The notes below the pieces were generated by a model. The model did not search any database and was not told the origin of the DNA. It worked only from the letters and a program-made list of their open reading frames with translations. Shown one piece after another: positions 1-7,843 of a DNA stretch of 32,000 nucleotides. Position numbers and translations under genes: made by a program. Positions within the stretch are counted from its first letter, which is position 1, and each line of letters opens with the position of its first letter. The DNA is from Methylophaga marina. GTDB taxonomy: Bacteria > Pseudomonadota > Gammaproteobacteria > Nitrosococcales > Methylophagaceae. Location: the NCBI RefSeq assembly GCF_030296755.1, contig NZ_AP027741.1, forward strand, positions 1,829,475 to 1,861,474. The letters are read 5' to 3'.

Positions 1-1
1 A

Positions 2-553
2 CTGCGTACCCAGCAAAAGTCTTTACACAGTCTGGCTATGCTGGATGATACGACGGGCTTATTTAATCGTCATGCACTTCGTGAATTCGCAGGTAAATAC
101 TTCAGTGAGGCTTACCGCTTTAGCCGTTGTTTATCTCTGGCTGTGATTGATATCGATCACCTCAAAGATATTAATGAACATCATGGGTTTGAACGTGGTA
201 ATCAGATGTTAGCTGAGCTTGGTTCATGGTTGAAACGTCATGTGCGTGACGTGGATCTTGTTGCTCGCTGGGCTGGTGATGAGTTGGTTTTACTTTTGCC
301 TGAGTGCGACCTAGCTTCAGCAAAAAATATGATGGATCGCATGGTGCAACGTTTGAGAAAACTCAAACCAGCTGACTTAGATGTGATCGTCAGTGTCGGT
401 ATTGCTCAATTGCGGCAAACAGATAACGATAATCTCAACAGTTTGTTTGAGTTAGCAGATAAAGCAATGTATCAGGCTAAAATGGCGGGACGTAATTGCG
501 TTAAAGTGTATACAGAGCCTGAATCCATTCCCGAGTTGAGTGGTAACGATTAG
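2..553 (+). CDS. GGDEF-domain protein (diguanylate cyclase family), C-terminal part; 5' end lies outside the window
   Basis: The frame is open from nt 2 (LRTQQKSLHSLAMLDDTTGLFNR, a typical start of a GGDEF domain). It contains the DIDHLKDINE and RWAGDELVLLL segments. The A-site reads AGDEL. An RDVD (RxxD) I-site lies 5 residues upstream of it. Confidence 0.85.
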   Translation: MRTQQKSLHSLAMLDDTTGLFNRHALREFAGKYFSEAYRFSRCLSLAVIDIDHLKDINEHHGFERGNQMLAELGSWLKRHVRDVDLVARWAGDELVLLLPECDLASAKNMMDRMVQRLRKLKPADLDVIVSVGIAQLRQTDNDNLNSLFELADKAMYQAKMAGRNCVKVYTEPESIPELSGND

Positions 554-1476
554 CCGTAAAGCTGTTTAAAGAGTTCACACTGGTCTTTGTCCAGCATGAA
601 GATACCGTGGCCACCGTTTTCTAACTCTAGCCAGGTAAACGCAATCTCCGGCCATTTATCATCCACAGCGAGATCGGTGTTACCTACTTCAATAAATATC
701 AGACCATTTTCTGTCAAATGATCGGCCGCACCGGAAAGAATTTTTGTGACTAAGGCTAAACCATTATCATCTGCTTCAAGTGCTGAGTTTGGCTCATGTC
801 GATACTCTTCAGGCAAAGAAGCCATTTCCTCTGCTCCCACATAGGGCGGATTACTGATAATCAGATCATATTTTTCATCGGTAGATATCTTTTGCCATAT
901 ATCCGACTCAAGCAACGTCAGTTGATCCTCTAATCCATATTTCTGACGATTTACTCTAGCGACATCTAAGGCATCAGAACTGATATCACTGGCTGTGACT
1001 TCAGCTTGCTCAAAGGCCATTGCCAATGCGATAGCAATACAACCACTACCAGTACACATATCTATAATTCGTGTGATGGAGTCAGGTTCAGCGACCCATG
1101 GTTGGAACTGTGTTTCTATTAATTCAGCAAAAGGGGAGCGGGGAATAAGAACACGTTCATCCACAAAAAAAGGTAAACCAGCAAACCAGGCTTCATTGGT
1201 GAGATAAGGTAGTGGAATACGTTTCTCAATCCGCTTTTCAATAGCGATGAGTAGGGTCCGCTTCTCATCCTGCGTGAGTCTGGCGTCGAGAAATACATCC
1301 GGAAACGTATCGACAGGAAGATGCAAACTACTTAGTAACAATTGTGATGCTTCATTAAATGCATCCTCATTACCATGACCAAAAAATAATCCCGCTTCAT
1401 TGAAGCGGGATGTAGACCATCGTAAAAAATCACGAAAAGTATTTAATTCAGATTGAACAGCTAGGTAATCAATCAT
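550..1476 (-). CDS. prmB: 50S ribosomal protein uL3 glutamine N5-methyltransferase PrmB
   Basis: 308 aa, collinear by eye with E. coli PrmB/YfcB ([55 protein letters not shown]). Its start overlaps the leuC stop as ATGA. Confidence 0.9.
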   Translation of the reverse strand: MIDYLAVQSELNTFRDFLRWSTSRFNEAGLFFGHGNEDAFNEASQLLLSSLHLPVDTFPDVFLDARLTQDEKRTLLIAIEKRIEKRIPLPYLTNEAWFAGLPFFVDERVLIPRSPFAELIETQFQPWVAEPDSITRIIDMCTGSGCIAIALAMAFEQAEVTASDISSDALDVARVNRQKYGLEDQLTLLESDIWQKISTDEKYDLIISNPPYVGAEEMASLPEEYRHEPNSALEADDNGLALVTKILSGAADHLTENGLIFIEVGNTDLAVDDKWPEIAFTWLELENGGHGIFMLDKDQCELFKQLYG

Positions 1477-2881
1477 ACGTTTTGTGTGATATCAACAAAG
1501 TGACCAGCTATCGCAGCTGCTGCAGCCATGGCGGGGCTAACTAAATGTGTTCTTCCACCTTGCCCCTGACGGCCTTCAAAGTTGCGGTTTGACGTCGATG
1601 CACAATGCTCACCTGCTTCGAGACGGTCCGCGTTCATGGCCAGACACATTGAGCAGCCCGGGTCACGCCATTCAAAACCGGCTTCGATAAAGATTTTATC
1701 CAAACCTTCTTGCTCTGCTTGTTGTTTAACTAAACCAGAGCCAGGCACAACCATGGCCTGTTTCACACTGTCAGCGACTTTACCGCCCTGAATGGCTTCT
1801 GCAGCTTCACGCAGATCTTCAATGCGAGAGTTTGTGCAGGATCCAATGAATACTCGGTCTAAATAGATGTCTGTAATCGGCTGATTAGCTTGTAATCCCA
1901 TATATTTGAGCGCTTTTTCCATACCGTTGCGTTTAACGGCATCTGATTCTTTGGCAGGATCGGGAATAGACAAATCAACTGAAACAACCATCTCAGGAGA
2001 CGTGCCCCAAGTGACTTGAGGTTTAATTTCTTCTGCTTTGAGTACCACGACTTTATCAAAATGGGCGCCGTCATCTGAGTGAAGTTCACGCCAAGCGTTG
2101 ACGGCTTTATCCCAGTTTTCACCAGAGGGCGAAAAAGGACGGTCTTTCAGATAGTTAATCGTGGTTTCGTCAACCGCAATCATCCCCGCACGTGCGCCAG
2201 CTTCTATGGTCATATTACAGACTGTCATGCGACCTTCCATACTCAAAGCCTGAATCGCTTCACCGGCAAATTCGATTGCATAGCCTGTACCACCTGCAGT
2301 ACCGATTTCACCAATGATAGCCAGAACGATATCTTTCGCTGTGATGCCGGGTTTAACCTGACCCTCGACACGCACTTGCATGTTTTTGGACTTACGTTGA
2401 ATCAGGCATTGAGTCGCCATGACATGTTCGACTTCGGAAGTACCAATACCAAACGCTAGCGCACCGAAAGCACCATGAGTTGATGTGTGAGAGTCACCAC
2501 AAACTACCGTCATACCAGGCAGTGTCGCGCCTTGCTCGGGTCCAACAACATGCACAATACCTTGCCGTAAATCATTTAATCCAAATTCAGTGATACCAAA
2601 TTCGACGCAGTTGCTATCGAGCGTATCTACTTGCAAACGTGAAATAGGGTCAGCAATCCCTTGTTCGCGATGTGAAGTGGGGACGTTATGATCTGGCGTC
2701 GCTAAAATTGAATTTAGGCGATAAGGTTTACGTTCAGCTAAACGGAGCCCTTCGAATGCTTGGGGGAAGTCACTTCATGAACCAGGTGACGATCAATGTA
2801 GAGTAAAGCTGTCGTGCCATCTGACTCAGAACGAACGACATGTTGTTCCCAAAGCTTATCGTAAAGTGTTTTTGCTGACAT
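1473..2881 (-). pseudogene. leuC: 3-isopropylmalate dehydratase large subunit LeuC, reading frame broken by a 1-nt deletion in a G5/C5 run (2762-2766)
   Basis: The ATG at 2881 gives [40 protein letters not shown], then runs out of frame to a stop. Adding one C restores [15 protein letters not shown]...LQVDTLD, which joins the 387-aa ORF 1473..2636. The whole product is collinear with E. coli LeuC, including the CGDSHT and [11 protein letters not shown] motifs. The restored length is 469 aa. Confidence 0.9.
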
Positions 2882-2922
2882 ATCTCTATTAAAACCGATT
2901 AGTGAGTTATAAGTATCCTGGC

Positions 2923-2951
2923 ATTATACAGCGTCAGAGATGTAAGCTCTA
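2923..2951 (-). promoter_or_regulatory. Candidate sigma-70 promoter for leuC (-10 TATAAT, weak -35 TAGAGC, 17-nt spacer)
   Basis: The minus strand reads TAGAGC-N17-TATAAT about 40 nt upstream of the leuC ATG, just downstream of the phi terminator. Confidence 0.35.
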
Positions 2952-2965
2952 TCTGAACTGATGGC

Positions 2966-2995
2966 AAAAAAACGGGTAACCCGAAAGTTACCCGT
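2966..2995 (-). terminator. Rho-independent terminator ending the hps-phi transcript
   Basis: 9-bp stem ACGGGTAAC/GTTACCCGT (2972-2980 and 2987-2995) with a 6-nt loop. On the minus strand it is followed by a run of 6-7 T, 27 nt after the phi stop. Confidence 0.8.
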
Positions 2996-3022
2996 TTCAT
3001 TTTTACTGCTAAGGAAAAGTGA

Positions 3023-3562
3023 TTATTCCATATTAGCGTGTCTGTATCGCATTTCTTCTTCTGGAATACCTTTCTCATGGATAAGATGAGAAACGATGGC
3101 TTCCAAGAAAATCAATGTCGATAATTCAAACATAGTACCCATAGGCATGCCCTTTGTAGGAGCAAAGCTATCATCGTTACCAATTTGAATTGTCTTGTCC
3201 GCTATATCACCAATCGTTGAACTTGCTTTAGAGCAGATTAATACTACTTTAGCTTTCTCCGATTTAGCTTTGTTCGCGAATGAAACCAACTGAGTTGTTT
3301 CACCTGAACCTGAGATAACGATTAATAAATCGCCTTCACGGATGCTAGGTGTGCTGATTTCACCTTGAACGTATACGGTGTAACCACTATGCATCAACCT
3401 CATACCCAAGAAGTTACCAACAAGACGTGAACGTCCGGCACCTGTAATGAAGATGCGTTTAGCACCATCACACATGGCAACGAATTCAGCTTCAAGAGAA
3501 CTGTCAGTAGCCCCTAAAATATCAGTGATTTTGTTTACAACTAGATCACGATGCATTGTCAT
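3023..3562 (-). CDS. hxlB: 6-phospho-3-hexuloisomerase (PHI, SIS domain)
   Basis: 179-aa SIS-domain protein (ITGAGRS, VISGSGET) placed 11 nt downstream of hps. This size and pairing is typical of RuMP-pathway PHI. Confidence 0.85.
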   Translation of the reverse strand: MTMHRDLVVNKITDILGATDSSLEAEFVAMCDGAKRIFITGAGRSRLVGNFLGMRLMHSGYTVYVQGEISTPSIREGDLLIVISGSGETTQLVSFANKAKSEKAKVVLICSKASSTIGDIADKTIQIGNDDSFAPTKGMPMGTMFELSTLIFLEAIVSHLIHEKGIPEEEMRYRHANME

Positions 3563-3573
3563 TTTTCTAATCC

Positions 3574-4209
3574 TTATGCTGCGTCAACTAATGCACGCAG
3601 TTCTTTTGCAGATTCAGCTGGAGATGGAGCGCCGTAGATAGCCGCACCAACAACAACGATGTCAGCACCAGCTTGAACTGTGCTTTGGATTGTATCTTTG
3701 TTGATACCACCAGCAACAGAAACTTTAACGTTCAGACCTAAACCAGCGATAGTTTTCAGATCTTCAAAAGGTGTTTGACCAGCAGCTTGTGCGTCAAGAC
3801 CAGTGTGAACACCAATGATGTGTGCACCGTTAGAAGCCGCTTCTTTAGCAACAGCCGCTTTATCTTCAACACCGATTAAATCGATTTGAGCTTCAGCGTT
3901 ATTTGCGTTAGCAGCTTTGATAACGCCTTTCATTGTAGCCATGTCAGAAGCACCTAAAACTGTAGTGATGTCACCACCAGCTTCAAAGAAAGGAGTCGCT
4001 TCGTATTCACCAGCGTCCATTGTTTTCAGGTCAACCAGGATTTTTTTGTCTGGGTGAGCTGCTTTCAATGCCTTAACCAGTTTCAGACCGTTGTATTTGA
4101 TACAAGGTGTACCGATTTCAAGGATATCGACATATGGCGCTACTTGTTCAGCCAGAGCCATTGTTGCGTCAAAGTCCAATGAGTCAAGAGCCATTTGGAT
4201 TTCAGCCAT
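3574..4209 (-). CDS. hxlA: 3-hexulose-6-phosphate synthase (HPS), copy 1
   Basis: 211-aa OMP-decarboxylase-fold protein. It carries QMALDSLD, ILEIGTP, VDLKTMDAG, GVHTGLDAQ and VAGGI motifs typical of HPS, has an AGGAG RBS, and is paired with phi. Confidence 0.9.
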   Translation of the reverse strand: MAEIQMALDSLDFDATMALAEQVAPYVDILEIGTPCIKYNGLKLVKALKAAHPDKKILVDLKTMDAGEYEATPFFEAGGDITTVLGASDMATMKGVIKAANANNAEAQIDLIGVEDKAAVAKEAASNGAHIIGVHTGLDAQAAGQTPFEDLKTIAGLGLNVKVSVAGGINKDTIQSTVQAGADIVVVGAAIYGAPSPAESAKELRALVDAA

Positions 4210-4270
4210 GTTACATACTCCTAATTTATAGTAAAAATTATTGTTATCACGCTTGCTTATGTGAAGCGGG

Positions 4271-4299
4271 ACTATATGCAGAAATCAGTGACAAGTCAA
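4271..4299 (-). promoter_or_regulatory. Strong sigma-70 promoter for hps1-phi (TTGACT-N17-TATAGT)
   Basis: The minus strand reads aTTGACTtgtcactgatttctgcaTATAGT about 60 nt upstream of the hps1 ATG. A paralogous element precedes hps2. Confidence 0.7.
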
Positions 4300-4323
4300 T
4301 TTCACTGACCCTGCTGCATTCGG

Positions 4324-4346
4324 GCCCACTCACCAATGGAGTGGGC
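4324..4346 (-). other. Stem-loop between tal and the hps1 promoter (8-bp GC-rich stem, 7-nt loop, no U-tract)
   Basis: GCCCACTC (4324-4331) pairs with GAGTGGGC (4339-4346), 30 nt after the tal stop. No T-run follows on the minus strand, so it could be a weak terminator or an mRNA 3'-end stabiliser. Confidence 0.45.
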
Positions 4347-4375
4347 TGAATACGGGGAAATTTAATTCTGATGAA

Positions 4376-5359
4376 TTAGCTTTCCAGTTCTGCAAGACGG
4401 TTAGCCAGTAACTCTTCAAGTGTTTCAAGAGCTTTAGCAAAACCATCAATACCTTCTTGTAATTTTTCAGTCGCCATGCGGTCTTCAGCATGCATAGCTT
4501 TGAAGGTTTCTTCTGTCATGTTGATACGTTCAACATCCGATGCTTTCGCATCTTCAACATTTAACTTACGTGGTAAGTCACCTTCTGTTGAATGTAATTC
4601 ATCCAGTAGGGCTGGAGAAATAGTGAGAAGGTCAACACCTGCTAACTCAGTGATTTCACCGACATTACGGAAGCTCGCGCCCATTACTTCGGTTTCTAAA
4701 CCAAACTTCTTGAAGTAGTTATAGATTTGAGTAACAGAAACAACACCTGGATCTTCAGCTGGCTCGTAAGAATCACGGCCTGTGTCTTTTTTGTACCAGT
4801 CGAGAATACGGCCAACGAAAGGTGAAATCAGTTGGATACCATTTTCGCCACAAGCTACCGCTTGGTGCAGACCAAAGACTAGAGTCAAGTTGGTGTGAAT
4901 ACCTTCTTCTTCCAGAACTTTAGCAGCCATTACACCTTCCCAGGTTGCTGCGATTTTGATAAGGATACGCTCACGTGAAACGCCTGCTGCTTCGTATTGA
5001 GCAATCAGGTCACGACCTTTAGCGATAGTTGCTTCAGTATCAAATGACAAACGCGCATCAACTTCTGTAGATACACGACCTGGAACGATATCCAGAATTT
5101 TCAGACCAAATGAAACAGCTAAACGGTCAAAAGCCAGAGAAACTACTTCTGACGCGGGTGCATCTGCACCTAATGTTTCACGAGCCGCTTTCAATGTGTC
5201 ATCAACAATACCTTGGTATTGTGGCATTTGAGCTGCAGCAGTAATCAGTGAAGGGTTAGTTGTAGCATCACGAGGTGTAAATTTTTCGATAGCTTGAATA
5301 TCACCAGTATCGGCGACAACAACGGTCATTTCCTTAAGCTGATCAAGTAAAGTAGCCAT
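4376..5359 (-). CDS. tal: Transaldolase (TalB-type)
   Basis: 327 aa with [34 protein letters not shown] and [10 protein letters not shown] motifs typical of class I transaldolase. Confidence 0.9.
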   Translation of the reverse strand: MATLLDQLKEMTVVVADTGDIQAIEKFTPRDATTNPSLITAAAQMPQYQGIVDDTLKAARETLGADAPASEVVSLAFDRLAVSFGLKILDIVPGRVSTEVDARLSFDTEATIAKGRDLIAQYEAAGVSRERILIKIAATWEGVMAAKVLEEEGIHTNLTLVFGLHQAVACGENGIQLISPFVGRILDWYKKDTGRDSYEPAEDPGVVSVTQIYNYFKKFGLETEVMGASFRNVGEITELAGVDLLTISPALLDELHSTEGDLPRKLNVEDAKASDVERINMTEETFKAMHAEDRMATEKLQEGIDGFAKALETLEELLANRLAELES

Positions 5360-5450
5360 GTTTCGTACCTTTAATTTTTAAGTTAAAAATTAACAGTCAA
5401 CGTGATATCACGCAGACTGTATGGTTGATTTTTTTGATTATTATGTCGGC

Positions 5451-5474
5451 AAAGCCGGACTACTGCCCGGCTTT
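5451..5474 (-). terminator. Possible weak or bidirectional terminator hairpin downstream of the 105-aa repeat protein
   Basis: AAAGCCGG (5451-5458) pairs with CCGGCTTT (5467-5474) around an 8-nt loop. The only U-tract is the TTT inside the stem. Confidence 0.4.
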
Positions 5475-5509
5475 ATTCCGTAAATCTTGGGTGCAAGCTG
5501 AAGGTTAAC

Positions 5510-5827
5510 TTAACCTTTGCTTTGAATGTAACGTTCAACACCTGTCATTGGTTTAGCTTGTGCTTTGTTACGAATATATTGTTCAACGCTAGTGATAACG
5601 GTGACGGTTGTTGCTTTATTTCTGATGTATTTTTCAACACCAGTTAGTTGTGAGCCACTATTCGATTGGTTTCTGATATAACGCTCAACACCTGTCAAAC
5701 CATCATTCGTTTTTGCTGCTGCTGGGCTGCTTGGCTTAGCACTGCTGGTTGGAGCAGAACTAGGACTTGATGAAAACAGGCTTTTAAAAAATCCACAAAC
5801 TGATGCTAAGAAACCTTTATCACTCAT
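5510..5827 (-). CDS. Hypothetical small protein with four tandem TGVE(R/K)YI(R/Q)N motifs
   Basis: 105-aa ORF with a purine-rich RBS (AGGGG) and a downstream hairpin. Architecture: hydrophobic/amphipathic N-terminus (GFLASVCGFFKSLF), a Ser/Pro/Ala-rich linker, then LTGVERYIRNQ, LTGVEKYIRNK, ITSVEQYIRNK and MTGVERYIQSK separated by 5-6 residue linkers. I do not recognise a family. Confidence 0.6.
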   Translation of the reverse strand: MSDKGFLASVCGFFKSLFSSSPSSAPTSSAKPSSPAAAKTNDGLTGVERYIRNQSNSGSQLTGVEKYIRNKATTVTVITSVEQYIRNKAQAKPMTGVERYIQSKG

Positions 5828-6080
5828 AATATTATACCCCTGTTACATTTTAACCCCATCTGCCCAACAAAACGAGGTTGGTGCAACGGGTAAATTACTA
5901 TTTTAGATTAATCGTGGCAAGTCGGAAGAACCTTAGCATATGCCTAAAAGTCGACTTGATTTGTGACTAACCCATCCTGAATTATTGATATTGGTCAATT
6001 AAAATCGTAATTATTATCAATACACATTGACCGATATCTTACCTCATTATTTAAATTAATAAATCAACCAGGTAAGCATG

Positions 6081-6113
6081 AAAAAAAACGAGCGGTCATT
6101 GACCACTCGTTTT
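6081..6113 (-). terminator. Rho-independent terminator of hps2
   Basis: The minus strand reads AACGAGTGGTCAATGACCGCTCGTT (imperfect stem) followed by T8, 26 nt after the hps2 stop. Confidence 0.75.
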
Positions 6114-6138
6114 ATTTTCTTCTTTAAGCAATATTTGC

Positions 6139-6780
6139 TTATGCTGCGTCAACTAAAGCACGTAATTCTTTAGCTGCTTCAGCTGGAGAATCCGCACCGT
6201 AGATTGCTGCACCAACAACAACGATTGTTGCGCCAGCACGAACAGTGTCTTGAATAGTGTTTTTGTTCAGACCACCAGCTACTGAAATACGCACGCCTAA
6301 GTTTAAGCTAGCGATATCTTTCAGATCAGCGAAAGGTGTTTGACCAGCAGCTTGTGCGTCAAGACCAGTGTGAACACCGATGATTTGAGCACCGTTACGA
6401 GCTGCTTCAGTTGCAACTGCTTTTTTGTCTTTAACACTGATTAAGTCGATTTGAGCTTCAGCGTTGTTAGCGTTAGCTGCTTTGATTACGCCGCCCATTG
6501 TCGCTTTGTCAGAAACACCTAATACTGTACAGATGTCAGCACCTGCTTCATAGAATGGAGTCGCTTCGTATTCACCAGCGTCCATTGTTTTCAGGTCAAC
6601 CAGGATCAGGTTGTTAGGGAATTTGCTTTTCAGTGCAGTAACCAGTTCAAGACCGTTATATTTAATGCAAGGTGTACCGATTTCTAAGATATCGACATAA
6701 GGAGCAACTTGCTCTGCAAGCGCGATTGTTTGATCGAAATCCAGAGAATCCAGTGCCATTTGAATAAGTGCTTTTGCCAT
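6139..6780 (-). CDS. hxlA: 3-hexulose-6-phosphate synthase (HPS), copy 2 (monocistronic paralogue)
   Basis: 213 aa. By eye it is identical to copy 1 at roughly four-fifths of residues, with long identical blocks (VAPYVDILEIGTPCIKYNGL, VDLKTMDAGEYEATPF, KAANANNAEAQIDLI, IIGVHTGLDAQAAGQTPF, AKELRALVDAA). Confidence 0.9.
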   Translation of the reverse strand: MAKALIQMALDSLDFDQTIALAEQVAPYVDILEIGTPCIKYNGLELVTALKSKFPNNLILVDLKTMDAGEYEATPFYEAGADICTVLGVSDKATMGGVIKAANANNAEAQIDLISVKDKKAVATEAARNGAQIIGVHTGLDAQAAGQTPFADLKDIASLNLGVRISVAGGLNKNTIQDTVRAGATIVVVGAAIYGADSPAEAAKELRALVDAA

Positions 6781-6839
6781 GCTGACATGCTCCTAATTAA
6801 TTTAATTTATGAGTTATTACGTTGAAAATACGCTCGCAG

Positions 6840-6869
6840 ACTATAAAGCAGATTTGCAGATGCTGTCAA
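6840..6869 (-). promoter_or_regulatory. Strong sigma-70 promoter for hps2 (TTGACA-N18-TATAGT)
   Basis: The minus strand reads aTTGACAgcatctgcaaatctgcttTATAGT. It is paralogous to the hps1 promoter, and the 5' UTRs share ATTAGGAG(T/C)ATGT. Confidence 0.7.
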
Positions 6870-6958
6870 TTTTTGACTTGATCTCAACATTTAGCTTCTT
6901 TTTTATTACTGGACACAATGATTTGCATTATGCGACTCTTTTTGACCAAATTACATAG

Positions 6959-7819
6959 TTGCGAGGATCTATTTTGAATACAGAATCTGCGGTCTGTTTG
7001 GATAATGTAGCTGGTCTGATTATTGACATGGATGGGGTGCTTTGGCATGGCAATAAACCCATGAAAGGAGTGGAAGCGTTTTTTCAACTATTGAGAAAAA
7101 AACACATACCTTTTGTTTTGGCGACAAATAACGCCAGTTTGACTCAGCAGCAATATATAGAAAAATTAGCCTCAATGAATATTGATGTCGCTGCGAACGA
7201 AATTCTCACTTCCAGTATGGCCACAGTTAGCTATTTGTGTGAACACTTATCAGCAGATAAAAAACGCGTTTTTGTAATCGGGGAGGATGGTCTAAAACAG
7301 CCCCTGAGTGATAATGGATTTGTGCTGACAGAGTTATACGAAGTAGATCAGCCTGAAAAAGGTATCACAGGGCGAACAGCAGATATTGTTGTGTCAGGAC
7401 TCGATCGCCACTTAAGTTGGGATAAATTGGCAACGGCAACCCTAAATATCAATGCGGGTGCTGCCTTTTATGCAACAAACTCAGATGCCACATTACCTAC
7501 TGAGCTCGGTGAAGTTATGGGTAATGGGGGCGTACTTGCTGCACTCGAATCTGTGACCGGTGTCAAGCCGATATCAATTGGAAAACCAGCGCCTATATTG
7601 TACGAACAGGCTTTGAAAATTTTAGGTACAACAAAAGAGACAACCGTTGCGATAGGTGACCGTCTTAATACGGATATTTTGGGTGCTGTTAATGCGGGTA
7701 TCCGCAGTGTCTTAGTATTAACCGGTGTGTCTTCTGCTGAGGATGTTGAGCAGGTTGATTATCAACCCACATGGATTCTGGATGATTTGGCGGCACTCAC
7801 CAAGGCCTTGAAAGACTAG
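6959..7819 (+). CDS. HAD-superfamily subfamily IIA hydrolase (NagD / sugar-phosphate phosphatase-like)
   Basis: It has the DMDGVLW nucleophile motif, the ATNNAS motif II, and GKP and GDRLNTDI motifs typical of HAD-IIA. The track start (6959) is a TTG. An in-frame TTG at 6974, preceded by GAGGA, is a more plausible start. Confidence 0.8.
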   Translation: MRGSILNTESAVCLDNVAGLIIDMDGVLWHGNKPMKGVEAFFQLLRKKHIPFVLATNNASLTQQQYIEKLASMNIDVAANEILTSSMATVSYLCEHLSADKKRVFVIGEDGLKQPLSDNGFVLTELYEVDQPEKGITGRTADIVVSGLDRHLSWDKLATATLNINAGAAFYATNSDATLPTELGEVMGNGGVLAALESVTGVKPISIGKPAPILYEQALKILGTTKETTVAIGDRLNTDILGAVNAGIRSVLVLTGVSSAEDVEQVDYQPTWILDDLAALTKALKD

Positions 7820-7843
7820 CTAGATATAAAAAGGAAGCGAGAG

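Noticed and set aside
995-2459. Antisense or alternative-frame ORFs inside prmB and leuC (995..1207, 1582..1791, 1859..2122, 2079..2459)
   Set aside because: They lie entirely within well-supported conserved genes. Their products are low-complexity or Cys/Ser/Arg-rich and lack RBSs, which is typical shadow-ORF behaviour. The same reasoning applies to 3447..3641, 4107..4349, 4476..4718, 8547..8747, 8939..9136, 12037..12361, 13678..13911, 14013..14234, 14345..14536, 17673..17873, 19450..19755, 20550..21066, 21282..21521, 22055..22405, 23487..23732, 24498..24752, 24953..25147, 26059..26332, 26487..26681, 27560..28121, 28118..28568, 29842..30024 and 30306..30782.
4324-4346. Treating the tal-proximal GC hairpin as a full intrinsic terminator
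   Set aside because: No U-tract follows the stem on the minus strand. It is therefore listed only as a stem-loop, and hps1 is assigned its own promoter instead.
6884-7087. 67-aa minus-strand ORF in the hps2/HAD divergent region
   Set aside because: It overlaps the 5' end of the HAD hydrolase gene on the opposite strand and the divergent promoter region. It has no RBS and no recognisable features.
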